A stretch of DNA of 62,828 bases, filler included, from an uncultured Thermoplasmatales archaeon (GCA_964517155.1; 9 parts of 9 records of this genome joined end to end with filler, not necessarily neighbours in it); one strand, 5' to 3'; shown: positions 19,071 through 28,583, counted from the first letter of the whole stretch. Notes: generated by a model from the sequence alone, not told the origin. Numbers and translations: made by a program.

Positions 19071-20161
19071 TTTTCTTGCCTCATTTCTTTAAAACAATTT
19101 ACAATAAAATCCAAATCCTGACGGCTTAACTGAGGGTGAACAGGAAGGCTTAAAACTTTTTTTGATAAATCATCTGCAACTAAAAAAACACCTTTGCTTT
19201 CTCCAAACAAGGGTTGTTTATGAAGAGGCAGCGGATAATGAATTCCAAAACCAATACCTTTTTTTTGTAAATATTTTGTAACATCATCTCTTTTCAGCGA
19301 AAAATCATCTTCAATTTTTACTGAATACTGATGAAAACAATGCGTAGCATATTCTTTTACAACAGGTGGAGTAATACCGTTTACTCCAGAAAAAGAATTT
19401 GTTAGATACTCTGCATTTTGTCTTCTTTTATCATTCCAAGAATCTAATTTGCTAAGCTGAACAAGCCCTATTGCTGCTGAAATATTAGTCATATGATAAT
19501 TATATCCTAAAAAACCATGAATGTATTTTTCATGCTGACCATGGTTTTGAAATAACCTTGCTTTATTTGCAATTTTTTCATCATTTGTAACAATGATTCC
19601 GCCTTCACCAGTGGTCATATTCTTAGTTGGATAAAAAGAAAATACACCAAGATCTCCAATACTTCCTACTTTTTTGTTATTATACATAGAGCCATGTGAC
19701 TGGCAGGCATCCTCAAGAACTGACAAATTGTTATCAGAAGCAATTTCATTTATAAGTTTCATATCGCATGGATGCCCGTACAAATGAACCGGCAGAATTG
19801 CTTTTGTTTTATCAGTTATTTTCTCTTCTATAAGAAGTGGGTCGATATTAAAAGTCTCTTTGTCAATATCACAGAAAACAGGAGCAGCATTCTGCATAAG
19901 AATTGAAGATGCACTTGCAACAAAAGAAAAATCTGTGGTTATTACCTCATCTTTTTGTTTTATACCAATGGATGCTAACGCCGTATGCAGAGCTGTTGTC
20001 CCTGAACTTGTTGCAATAGCATATTTAGCATTGCAATAATCTGCAAAAGCTGCTTCAAACTCTTCAACAACTTTTCCCTGTGCAAGCATACCTGATCTAA
20101 GAACATCACTTACAGCTTTAATTTCCTCTTTACCAATATTTGGTTTTGCAATATGTATCAA
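19055..20161 (-). CDS. DegT/DnrJ/EryC1 PLP aminotransferase (WbpE-like)
   Basis: SGTTALH, VHLYG, EDACQ, SFYPTKNMTTGEGG. Confidence 0.93.
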   Translation of the reverse strand: MIHIAKPNIGKEEIKAVSDVLRSGMLAQGKVVEEFEAAFADYCNAKYAIATSSGTTALHTALASIGIKQKDEVITTDFSFVASASSILMQNAAPVFCDIDKETFNIDPLLIEEKITDKTKAILPVHLYGHPCDMKLINEIASDNNLSVLEDACQSHGSMYNNKKVGSIGDLGVFSFYPTKNMTTGEGGIIVTNDEKIANKARLFQNHGQHEKYIHGFLGYNYHMTNISAAIGLVQLSKLDSWNDKRRQNAEYLTNSFSGVNGITPPVVKEYATHCFHQYSVKIEDDFSLKRDDVTKYLQKKGIGFGIHYPLPLHKQPLFGESKGVFLVADDLSKKVLSLPVHPQLSRQDLDFIVNCFKEMRQEKWMLA

Positions 20162-21204
20162 TGAATCAAAACCTCCTCTTCAAGCGGCTTGGAAAACCAT
20201 TCATTTGTTTTCTCAAGGCCTTCTTTTAAACCATAAAAAGACTCAAAACCAGTTGTTTTTATACCAGATATATCAGCAGATGAATATCTAATATCACCAG
20301 GCCTTGAATCTTCATAAATAATATCTATACTTTTTTCAAAACTAGAATTAATCTGAATTATTGACTCTGAAAGATCATTTATAGATATAGCATTTCCTGA
20401 TGCAACATTAAATACTTGAAAGTTTTTTTCAGTTGTTTCTGCTAAAAATATGTTTGCATCAACAACATCATCGACAAATACAAAATCACGTGTTTGTTTG
20501 CCATCTCCATATATAGTTAAAGGTTTGTCTTCTTTAACAGAGTTTATAAATTTTGGAATAACCGCAGCATACTCACTAGCAGGATCCTGCCTTGGGCCAT
20601 AAACATTAAAATACCTCAGACAAACTGTTTCTAAATCATATTTTTTACTAAAAATATCACAATAGTATTCACCCATCAGCTTAGTTGTTGCATAAGGACT
20701 CTGGGGATCAGGTTTTTGTGTTTCTTTTATAGGCAAATCATTAGCAGAAGGATCTCCATAAATCGCACATGACGAAGAAAAAATTACTTTTTTAACACCC
20801 ACGTTACGTGCGGCAAGCAGCACATTGAGTGTCCCTGTAACATTTACATTATTAGTTAGGATAGGCTTTTTAATGCTTTCAGGAACACTTACAACGGCTG
20901 CTAAATGAAAAACGTAATCTGGTTTGTATTTTTGAAAGATTTTTTTTAGAAGAGCAAGGTTAGTAATATCTTCTTTTAAAAAAGTAATATTATTATTAGA
21001 TATTACTAAATTATCACTTGTTTTTTGCTCTTCTTTTTTTCCCCTCCTAGTGAAAAGTAGGTGGGAGAGATTATGTAAATGTCCAGTGCTTAGATTATCA
21101 ATTACTACAACTTGATTATTTAAAGAAGGATTTGTAAGTTTTGATACAAGATTGCTTCCAATGAAGCCGGCGCCACCTGTGACGATAATTTTTTTGTTAA
21201 AAAT
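20158..21204 (-). CDS. UDP-GlcNAc 4-epimerase-like extended SDR (WbpP-like) with non-canonical ATT start
   Basis: The frame of ORF 20158..20823 stays open upstream through IFNKKIIVTGGAGFIGSNL to an in-frame TAA at 21217-21219, with no ATG/GTG/TTG. SD AAGGTGA lies 4 nt before ATT. Contains YATTK and YFNVYGPRQ. Confidence 0.88.
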   Translation of the reverse strand: MFNKKIIVTGGAGFIGSNLVSKLTNPSLNNQVVVIDNLSTGHLHNLSHLLFTRRGKKEEQKTSDNLVISNNNITFLKEDITNLALLKKIFQKYKPDYVFHLAAVVSVPESIKKPILTNNVNVTGTLNVLLAARNVGVKKVIFSSSCAIYGDPSANDLPIKETQKPDPQSPYATTKLMGEYYCDIFSKKYDLETVCLRYFNVYGPRQDPASEYAAVIPKFINSVKEDKPLTIYGDGKQTRDFVFVDDVVDANIFLAETTEKNFQVFNVASGNAISINDLSESIIQINSSFEKSIDIIYEDSRPGDIRYSSADISGIKTTGFESFYGLKEGLEKTNEWFSKPLEEEVLIH

Positions 21205-21616
21205 TATTTCACCTTCTTATTTGAAGCAATGCTTGCATCCCTGCTCTTTCTCATCTCATCTCAACTCCGGGATAGGATGGTTGAATGAGAACGCACAAGA
21301 CCACTCTAGTGCATTCACCCAAACCCTCAATATAAGCATTACGCTTACATTACAAATGTAATATTAAAGTAATTTATAAAACCTTTGATTTAGAAAAAAG
21401 AAATTATATCTCTAAAATATTTTTAACTTAATACATTTAATGCTTTTGCTCTAATTTAAAAAACAATTGTTCTCTTTTTTGATACAATTATTTGATAAAG
21501 AAAAAAAATATTGAAAAATAGCATTTTTCCCCTGAAGGATTAACCACTAGATCATATCAACAAGCCGTATGTTTTTAGCATTTTTAATCATAATAGGAAG
21601 AATCTGAGTTTTTGCC

Positions 21617-22867
21617 TTATTTTAACAACCATTTCCATAGCGGTATAAATTCAATTTTTATTTCATCTACAGTTTCAAATGCTTCGAAATCTTTTGTGAT
21701 TATAGTACCCTTCTTAATATTAAACTCTTTAGCACAAGATATTAGACCTTTTATCTCTCTATCTTTGGTTTTTTTATCATTAAACTCGTATACAACTTGA
21801 ATGATTTCCTTTACTTTCAAACCTTCTCTTATAACAAAATCAGCTTCTATACCTTCTTTGTTTTTCCAATAATTTATTTGTTGATTTTGAGATAATCTTC
21901 TTTTCAATTCTAAAAATACTGAATTTTCAAACAGCCTCCCCATATCTTTTTTGCCACTAATTGAATACATAAACCCTGTGTCTCCAAGATAAGACTTCCT
22001 AGGATATTGCGCTCGATCCTTAATATTATAAGAAAAAATTGGAACAAAGAAAAAAAGGTAACTCTCTTGTGAGTTTTTTTCAAGATTTAGAATGCTTTGT
22101 TTTCCTATTTTATAACCAAGACTTTTAAAAAAATTTAGACATTTTGAAGCAGAAAAATAAGATGTATCAATGATATATTTACCAAACAACTCCACAACAG
22201 ATATGTTTTCTCGTGATATTTCTGCTACATCCAGTCCAATTATGTCTCTAAAATAAGAGTTAGAAATACTTATTTTATCTGTTTTGTTTTTTATTAAAAC
22301 TATTTCTGGAAATCCTCCTATTATTAAATGTTTATCAAGTGCTCTTTTTGTTTTTCCTATGCCAATTGTTGTTTTTTCGAATTTAATGTTATTAAATTTA
22401 AGGAATTCGTTAAATGATAAAGGATAAAGTTCCTGAGGTAAAATTCTTCCTCTGAGTGGTTTACTTGGAATGGATAACCCTTTTCTTGATGAGCTGACTA
22501 TAATTTTCAATTTGCCTTTTAACATTTCATGGGATCTTGACAGCCATCCCTCCCAGTCGTCAACACTTGTTATTTCATCAAGTAGAAGATATCCTGAATC
22601 ACCAAACCATGCAAGTATCTCGTCAAGTACCTCTTTTTTATCTTTTATTCTGCTGTCTTCTAGGTTTACATATCTGACTTTTTCATTCTTTTTTTCAAGC
22701 ATCTGGCGTAGAAGAATTAACAAACTTGTTTTACCTGATCTGCGTATGCCTGTTATAGCAATAATTTTTAATTTGGAAGTATTTATTAGAAAATTAAAAT
22801 CAATATCTCGTTGTTTAAGTTTTTTTTCCTGTGCATATATGTCCCATTCTTCAAATACATCTTCCAT
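21617..22867 (-). CDS. AAA+ ATPase (AAA_14) with DUF4143
   Basis: GIRRSGKTS, LLDEI, GGFPE, KSYLGDTG, GRLFEN, EADFV...IQV. Confidence 0.92.
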   Translation of the reverse strand: MEDVFEEWDIYAQEKKLKQRDIDFNFLINTSKLKIIAITGIRRSGKTSLLILLRQMLEKKNEKVRYVNLEDSRIKDKKEVLDEILAWFGDSGYLLLDEITSVDDWEGWLSRSHEMLKGKLKIIVSSSRKGLSIPSKPLRGRILPQELYPLSFNEFLKFNNIKFEKTTIGIGKTKRALDKHLIIGGFPEIVLIKNKTDKISISNSYFRDIIGLDVAEISRENISVVELFGKYIIDTSYFSASKCLNFFKSLGYKIGKQSILNLEKNSQESYLFFFVPIFSYNIKDRAQYPRKSYLGDTGFMYSISGKKDMGRLFENSVFLELKRRLSQNQQINYWKNKEGIEADFVIREGLKVKEIIQVVYEFNDKKTKDREIKGLISCAKEFNIKKGTIITKDFEAFETVDEIKIEFIPLWKWLLK

Positions 22868-22871
22868 ATTA

Positions 22872-22941
22872 TTGTCTTAATAGAAAACAATATTTAAACT
22901 TTTCTGTTTTTTAATAGAACGATTTTATATTAGTATAAAAC
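22872..22941. promoter_or_regulatory. Repeated imperfect dyads flanking the ATPase TATA box
   Basis: TTAATAGAA at 22877 and 22911 within TGTx(T)nTAATAGAA(A)AC units, plus TTTTATATTAGTATAAAA. TTTAAATA (minus strand) lies between them. Confidence 0.45.
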
Positions 22942-22944
22942 AAC

Positions 22945-23507
22945 TCAATGTTTTCTAACAAAAAAACGTTTTTTTATCCCCGGGTAAAACATAATACCCA
23001 CAGGCATAAGAAGCAAAGAAACAATTCCAAACCAACCAACAGGACCTGCTTTTATAAGACTTGCAGCCATTGAGTCGTCCTCTTCTGCAATTTTAAACAT
23101 ATGCGGCATTGCCTCTGCTGCAAAATTTTTACAAAGAGCAAGAGTATCATCATAAGTATCCTCAGAAGGAACCACCGCCGAAATTCTAACCAGGGTTACC
23201 GCATTTGAAGCAGAATACTCGTTTTTTAAATAAAAATACAAAACAACTTTTCTTTCAACAAGAACGTCTTTTTTATATTTTGCCAAATCAAGTTTTTTTA
23301 CAGAAATTACATCGTTTGAATCAAAATAAGCGTCTGTCTTATTTTCATATGTAGAATAAAGCGGTTTTTCAGCCCATGAAACATCTCTTATAGGAATATT
23401 TTCAATACTCTCAGAAACTATATCATAACCAAGGCTAGGATAACAAATAATAGGTGGATGAAAACTAGACAGATTATCTGAATACGTTATTAAAAAAAAC
23501 ACAGGTT
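22945..23507 (-). CDS. EpsI-family (exosortase/archaeosortase-associated) protein, 5' end lost at gap
   Basis: FHPPIICYPSLGY fits the EpsI HxPxxCYxxxG motif; LVRIS; C-terminal TM. Confidence 0.75.
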
Positions 23508-23607
23508 NNNNNNNNNNNNNNNNNNNNNNNNNNNNNNNNNNNNNNNNNNNNTTAATTAATTAANNNNNNNNNNNNNNNNNNNNNNNNNNNNNNNNNNNNN
23601 NNNNNNN
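23508..23607. other. Artificial contig linker 3
   Basis: N44-TTAATTAATTAA-N44. Confidence 0.99.
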
Positions 23608-23808
23608 ATAATGGATCCATCTCTTGACGAAGAGCAGATAGCAGAGGCACGTTTAACTGTTGCAACTGACACAAAAGGCGATATTCGTGCTATGCAGAAA
23701 GGTTTAAATGGCAGTTTTACTGTTGACGAGATTAAAAAAGTTATTAAATCCTCGGTTGATAACGGCAAGAAAATTCGAGAACAATTATATAAAAGCGTGG
23801 GTAAATAA
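23608..23808 (+). CDS. rrp42: Exosome subunit Rrp42, C-terminal fragment
   Basis: DPSLDEE..AEARLTV....IRAMQKG; conserved order rrp42-rpl37ae-rpoP-pcc1. Confidence 0.9.
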   Translation: MMDPSLDEEQIAEARLTVATDTKGDIRAMQKGLNGSFTVDEIKKVIKSSVDNGKKIREQLYKSVGK

Positions 23809-23810
23809 TT

Positions 23811-24092
23811 ATGTCAAAAAGAACTAAGAAAATAGGACCTACAGGACGTCTCGGCGCAAGATACGGAGTTAGAGCAAGAACCCGTGTTAGAAACATTGAG
23901 ATATCTCAAAAAGCAAAACATATTTGTCCTAGCTGTGGTCATGAAAAAGTAAAAAGAGTAAGTACTAGTATTTGGCAATGCAGCAAATGTAAAATAAAAT
24001 TTGCAGGTGGAGCATATAACCCAAAAACAGAAGCTGGACAAAATGCTGAAAAAATGCTTCGAGGGGAAATTGAAATACCTGTAAATAAATAA
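23811..24092 (+). CDS. rpl37ae: 50S ribosomal protein L37Ae
   Basis: GRLGARYG, CPSC...IWQCSKC..KFAGGAY. Confidence 0.97.
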   Translation: MSKRTKKIGPTGRLGARYGVRARTRVRNIEISQKAKHICPSCGHEKVKRVSTSIWQCSKCKIKFAGGAYNPKTEAGQNAEKMLRGEIEIPVNK

Positions 24093-24127
24093 GAAATACC
24101 TGAAAAAAAATAAAAGGTGAATAACTA

Positions 24128-24268
24128 ATGACTGGTTATAAATGTGGACTTTGTAAAAAAAGTGTTAAGTTTGATGTAAAAAATATTGGTATGCAATGCC
24201 CTTATTGTGGTAGTAAAATTTTCTATAAAGAAAGACCTACTGTTGCAAAGAAAATAAAATCCAAATAA
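24128..24268 (+). CDS. rpoP: DNA-directed RNA polymerase subunit P (Rpo12)
   Basis: MTGYKCGLC...QCPYCGSKIFYKERP, 46 aa, AGGTGA SD. Not in the ORF track. Confidence 0.93.
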   Translation: MTGYKCGLCKKSVKFDVKNIGMQCPYCGSKIFYKERPTVAKKIKSK

Positions 24269-24285
24269 AAAATATTTTTATTTTT

Positions 24286-24522
24286 ATGAAAAAAGTATGT
24301 TTTGTTTTAGATTTTGAGGATTTAGGCGATGCAAGAGTTGTTTATAACTCTCTTACTCCCGAAGTAAAACATAAGATACCTAAAACTAAAGTAAATGTTA
24401 AACTTGAAGAAACTGTTTTAAAGCTTGACATAGAAACAAATGATTTAAGTGCTCTTCGTGCAGCGTGTAACTCTTATCTTCGCTGGATTAATACAGCTCT
24501 TTCTGTTAAAAAAACTGTTTAA
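24286..24522 (+). CDS. pcc1: KEOPS complex subunit Pcc1
   Basis: SLTPE...DLSALRAACNSYLRWI. Confidence 0.92.
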   Translation: MKKVCFVLDFEDLGDARVVYNSLTPEVKHKIPKTKVNVKLEETVLKLDIETNDLSALRAACNSYLRWINTALSVKKTV

Positions 24523-26996
24523 ACATCTATTGTTTCTGTTCTACCTGGGCCGATTGATATAAGAGATATTGATGTTTTTGTTTCTTTTTCAATATATTTT
24601 AAATATTTTTGTGCCTCAATAGGTAAATCAGAAAAACATTTTGATTTCGTATTTATCTGAGTCCATCCTTTGAATTCTTTATATATTGGCTTGCATTTTT
24701 TTACATCTTCTATGTTTGCTGGAAAATAATCTATTTCTTTGCCATCAAGCATATATTTTGTACATATCTTGATTTTTTTTAGTCCGTTGAGTACATCTAT
24801 TTTTGTTATTGCAAGTTTTGTAACACCTGATATCATGCATGAATGTTTTACAACTACAAGATCGAGCCATCCGCAGCGTCTCGGTCTGCTTGTTGTTGTT
24901 CCAAACTCGTGGCCTTTTTCTTGTAGATATTTACCTGTTTCATCAAACAGTTCTGTTGGCATAGGTCCTTCGCCTACACGGGTGGTATATGCTTTGACGA
25001 TCCCTATTATTTCATCAATGTTTTTTGGACCAATTCCTGACCCGATACTACTTCCACCAGCAATTGTGTGTGAAGATGTTGCAAAAGGGTATGTTCCAAA
25101 ATCTACATCTAGCATTGTACCCTGTGCACCTTCTAAAAGAATGTTTTTACCCAAGTTTATTGCTTTGTTAAGTGTTATATGTGTTTGAGTAATGTATTGT
25201 TTTAGTTGATTGCCGTAATCTAAATATTTTTCTAAAATTGTTTTTTTATCTAGTTTTTCAGTTATTTCATATGCTTTGAATATTCTTTGTTTTATAGGTA
25301 ATATCAAATCTAATCTTTTGTTTAGAGTGTCTTTGTTTGTTAAATCTATTGCACGTATCCCATTTCTTGCAATTTTATCACTATAACAGGGACCTATTCC
25401 TCTGCCAGTTGTACCTATTTTTTTAGAGCCAAGAACTTTTTCTTCTGCCCCGTCAAGTATTTTATGATAAGGCATAATAATATTTGCTCTATCACTGATT
25501 AAAAGTTTTGGTTTTTTACCTCGTTTTTTAAGCTCATTAATTTCTTTCATTAGTATTTCAGGATCTACTACTACTCCATTTCCAATTACGCCAGTTTTTC
25601 CTTGTATAACACCTGAAGGAGTTAAATGCAATTTATATACTTCATCACCGACCTTTATTGTATGTCCTGCATTGCTATTATGTAGTAATATAGGGCTAGT
25701 TCCACCAAAAAATGCTTCATTGTCACAACCACATAAATCGTATACAAATCCTGAATATGGTTCTTTAGTTATTTCTAAAATTCTCCTTAGTTTAAAACTA
25801 TTTTTTCGTTTTGGTTCCCTATCTAAAAATGGATTACTAGATTCACCGATTTTAAGAGTGTATACTTTTATGCTCTGTAAAATATGACCTTGCGGTGATT
25901 TACGTTCTTTTGTGATTTTTTCAAGAAATGTGCTTTTGATTCCATGTAAATTTGATAACCAATTCAATTGAATAGCCAAATCTTTTGAAACAGTACTGGC
26001 TTCAATTTTTCCGGACTTATGAATATAGCCATCTCCTTGAAGATATGCTTTGAAAAAAATTAAAAATTGTTCTCTTGAAAAATTAAAGAAGAAATCAGGT
26101 AATTTTTTATTTCTTGCATTTTCTCCAAATAAATCCTTAAACAGATAAGCAAGATATTTTTTAGAATATCTAATACATGTTTCGCTGTTTTCATTTGGTG
26201 GTGAAAAAATATTAGGATTATTTTCGTTAAATAATTCATTCATGGCGTTTAATATAAAATTGATGTAATCTTCTTCTTTTGAATTAAACGAAAAGGTGAT
26301 ATCATAGTCATATGAAGGACTCTTTCGATATTTTTCTTTTCTTTGTCGTTTTCTAATACTTGAATTTCCTTCAGCCACATAGTATCCAAAAAGACGCAAC
26401 AATTCATCTGATATTGGAAGAGTTTGAAAAAAACCATCTTTTTTAAATTCTATTTTTAAATCTTCTTTTTCAGATATATCTGAAAAATAAACATTTTTTT
26501 TATTATGTCCTCTTAATAGATTTTTATGAGGAAAACTTACTAATATATCTCCTTTTTTCACTTCAGATGTTTTTTTACATATTGGTTTTCCAAGAGTTTT
26601 ATCATAAATAAATATTGAGTGATCAGGGGTTAATGAAATGTTTCCTCCATTATATTTGATTTTGTATATTTCATCTGCTTTATGTCGGTATATACCTTTT
26701 GTATTCGAAATATCAAAACATTTGATACCCGGGTTATCGGAAATATTTGCTCCAAATGTTGAAGTATTTTTTATTGGTTTAAATCCTTCTTCATCTTTTT
26801 CAAAAAAGGGATCTATAAAATCTTTTATTTTTACAATATTTGAAAGTTTGCAATTTTTTATAAAAACAGGTGTTTCTCCGGTTATACTTCCACCCTGAAA
26901 TCTTACTACGTAATCTGCATCTTTTGAATAGTAATCAACAACTTTTCCTTTACCTTCATCACCCCATTGGGTTCCAATCACTAGATTTACGGTCAT
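24519..26996 (-). CDS. purA: Adenylosuccinate synthetase (long form, 421 aa after splicing) interrupted by an intein
   Basis: GTQWGDEGKGK, RFQGG/SNAGHT, IGTTGRGIGP, EGAQG, AYTTRVG, TTSRPRRCGW. Start ATG 26996. Confidence 0.96.
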   Translation of the reverse strand: MTVNLVIGTQWGDEGKGKVVDYYSKDADYVVRFQGGSITGETPVFIKNCKLSNIVKIKDFIDPFFEKDEEGFKPIKNTSTFGANISDNPGIKCFDISNTKGIYRHKADEIYKIKYNGGNISLTPDHSIFIYDKTLGKPICKKTSEVKKGDILVSFPHKNLLRGHNKKNVYFSDISEKEDLKIEFKKDGFFQTLPISDELLRLFGYYVAEGNSSIRKRQRKEKYRKSPSYDYDITFSFNSKEEDYINFILNAMNELFNENNPNIFSPPNENSETCIRYSKKYLAYLFKDLFGENARNKKLPDFFFNFSREQFLIFFKAYLQGDGYIHKSGKIEASTVSKDLAIQLNWLSNLHGIKSTFLEKITKERKSPQGHILQSIKVYTLKIGESSNPFLDREPKRKNSFKLRRILEITKEPYSGFVYDLCGCDNEAFFGGTSPILLHNSNAGHTIKVGDEVYKLHLTPSGVIQGKTGVIGNGVVVDPEILMKEINELKKRGKKPKLLISDRANIIMPYHKILDGAEEKVLGSKKIGTTGRGIGPCYSDKIARNGIRAIDLTNKDTLNKRLDLILPIKQRIFKAYEITEKLDKKTILEKYLDYGNQLKQYITQTHITLNKAINLGKNILLEGAQGTMLDVDFGTYPFATSSHTIAGGSSIGSGIGPKNIDEIIGIVKAYTTRVGEGPMPTELFDETGKYLQEKGHEFGTTTSRPRRCGWLDLVVVKHSCMISGVTKLAITKIDVLNGLKKIKICTKYMLDGKEIDYFPANIEDVKKCKPIYKEFKGWTQINTKSKCFSDLPIEAQKYLKYIEKETKTSISLISIGPGRTETIDV
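25677..26888 (-). mobile_element. Intein (404 aa) with LAGLIDADG homing endonuclease, inside purA
   Basis: Block A SITGETPVFI, block B LTPDHSIF, endonuclease motifs LFGYYVAEG and FKAYLQGDG, block F VYDL, block G LLHN followed by Ser+1. Confidence 0.93.
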
Positions 26997-27104
26997 TTTT
27001 ATTTCACTTACCTTGCATATTAAAAGACGTAAATAAATATAATGTATGAAAAAAAATTTACTCGACGAAGGTTTTATAAAAGATGGCTTATATTGACCCG
27101 GCAA

Positions 27105-28271
27105 ATGTCTAATACTTATAGCTGGAATCCTTTTGATAACACAAGCAATACTACTAATTTAGACATTGAAATGTTGAAAGCAGAAGTAGGAAAACATTTT
27201 CCATTTTATGATGTAAGATATGGTAAAGATGCGGTTGCTTTCTTCTGCAATATAGACAAAGAAACACTGGAAGAGAAGTTTGACATTCTCAGAAAATCTT
27301 TATCCAACAAAGGATACATAACAATGCTTCGCAACGATAAAGGAGAAGACTTAATATATATTATAAAGAAAGTAAAGAAAAAAGAAAAACCAGTTTGGGT
27401 AAATTTTGTACTTCTTGCATTAGTTCTAATTACCACAATATTAACCGGATCAATTGTTTATATGGGAGAATTTGCAATTTATAGTTTTGACATTGGAGTA
27501 TTAATAAATCCTATAGAAATTTTTTATTTAGAGAACTTATTTTTTGGAGCAGTTTTTTTTGCTTTACCGTTAATGAGCATATTAATCATCCATGAAATGG
27601 GGCATTATTATATATCAAAAAAACATGGAATTGCTACATCTCTTCCATTTTTTTTACCAGTTCCACCAATCCTACCAAATTTTAACATTGGTACTTTTGG
27701 GGCTTTGATATCAAGTAGAGAACCGATGCCTAATAAAAAAGCATTATTTGATGTAGGATTTGCTGGACCGTTGGCAGGTTTTCTAGTTGCAATACCTGTC
27801 ACGATAATTGGAATTGTAACCGCGGAACTAGTTCCAGCAATAAACTTAAATGAGCTATCTACAGGAGAAACAGTATTTGGCAGTTCTCTACTTATCGATG
27901 GATTAGTATCTGTTTTTCGCAATATTCCTCAGGGTTATACGATAAATATGAATCCAATATTGTTTGCAGGATGGGTTGGCCTATTAATAACATCAATAAA
28001 TCTACTACCCGCAGGTCAACTAGATGGCGGACATATTTTCAGATCAATATTGGGTGATAAGCAAAAATATGCTGGGTGGATAGCTATATTTATTATGATT
28101 TTTACAGGATGGATGTTTTTTGCATTAATTATTATTTTTTTAATGGGCATGGTGCATCCTCCACCATTAAACGATGACACACCAATAGATAACAAAAGAA
28201 AACTACTTTTTATAATAGCGATACTTATGCTAATTGTTTGCTACATCCCATATCCAATAATTTCGATTTAA
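27105..28271 (+). CDS. Site-2 protease (M50 family)
   Basis: HEMGH, GTFGA, AGPLAG, NLLPAGQLDGGH. Confidence 0.93.
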   Translation: MSNTYSWNPFDNTSNTTNLDIEMLKAEVGKHFPFYDVRYGKDAVAFFCNIDKETLEEKFDILRKSLSNKGYITMLRNDKGEDLIYIIKKVKKKEKPVWVNFVLLALVLITTILTGSIVYMGEFAIYSFDIGVLINPIEIFYLENLFFGAVFFALPLMSILIIHEMGHYYISKKHGIATSLPFFLPVPPILPNFNIGTFGALISSREPMPNKKALFDVGFAGPLAGFLVAIPVTIIGIVTAELVPAINLNELSTGETVFGSSLLIDGLVSVFRNIPQGYTINMNPILFAGWVGLLITSINLLPAGQLDGGHIFRSILGDKQKYAGWIAIFIMIFTGWMFFALIIIFLMGMVHPPPLNDDTPIDNKRKLLFIIAILMLIVCYIPYPIISI

Positions 28272-28339
28272 TTTTTTAATAAATCAGTTTAATCGCAATT
28301 ATTTAATAGTCTTAAACTAATCTACCTTTTAGACAAAAA

Positions 28340-28573
28340 GTGATACTTATGAAAACATATCTAACAATTACATTTCACAGTGAAGGAAGCAGTCCTTCTG
28401 AAGTAAAGACACAGTTGATGAATTTAGGTTTTAAAGCTGCAAAAGGCAGCTATGATTTTTTATATGAATGGGATTCAGAAGAAGTAACAGTAGATGATCT
28501 AGTATGGTTTGCAGATAAGATACATGCTGCATTAAAAAAACATAATGTGTTATTTACGATAGAAACCATATAA
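28340..28573 (+). CDS. Conserved hypothetical protein
   Basis: MKTYLTITFHSEG..PSEV...GF....G.YDF.YEW; 77 aa. Confidence 0.75.
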   Translation: MILMKTYLTITFHSEGSSPSEVKTQLMNLGFKAAKGSYDFLYEWDSEEVTVDDLVWFADKIHAALKKHNVLFTIETI

Positions 28574-28583
28574 AAAATCCAGA

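Noticed and set aside
20158..20823. Epimerase as a truncated pseudogene or frameshift
   Set aside because: Codon-by-codon reading shows an uninterrupted frame up to 21204 that includes the NAD-binding motif.
26997..27104. N-terminal extensions of purA and the site-2 protease that overlap head-to-head
   Set aside because: Conserved motifs begin at ATG 26996 and about ATG 27105. The interval is a divergent promoter region with TATA-like tracts.
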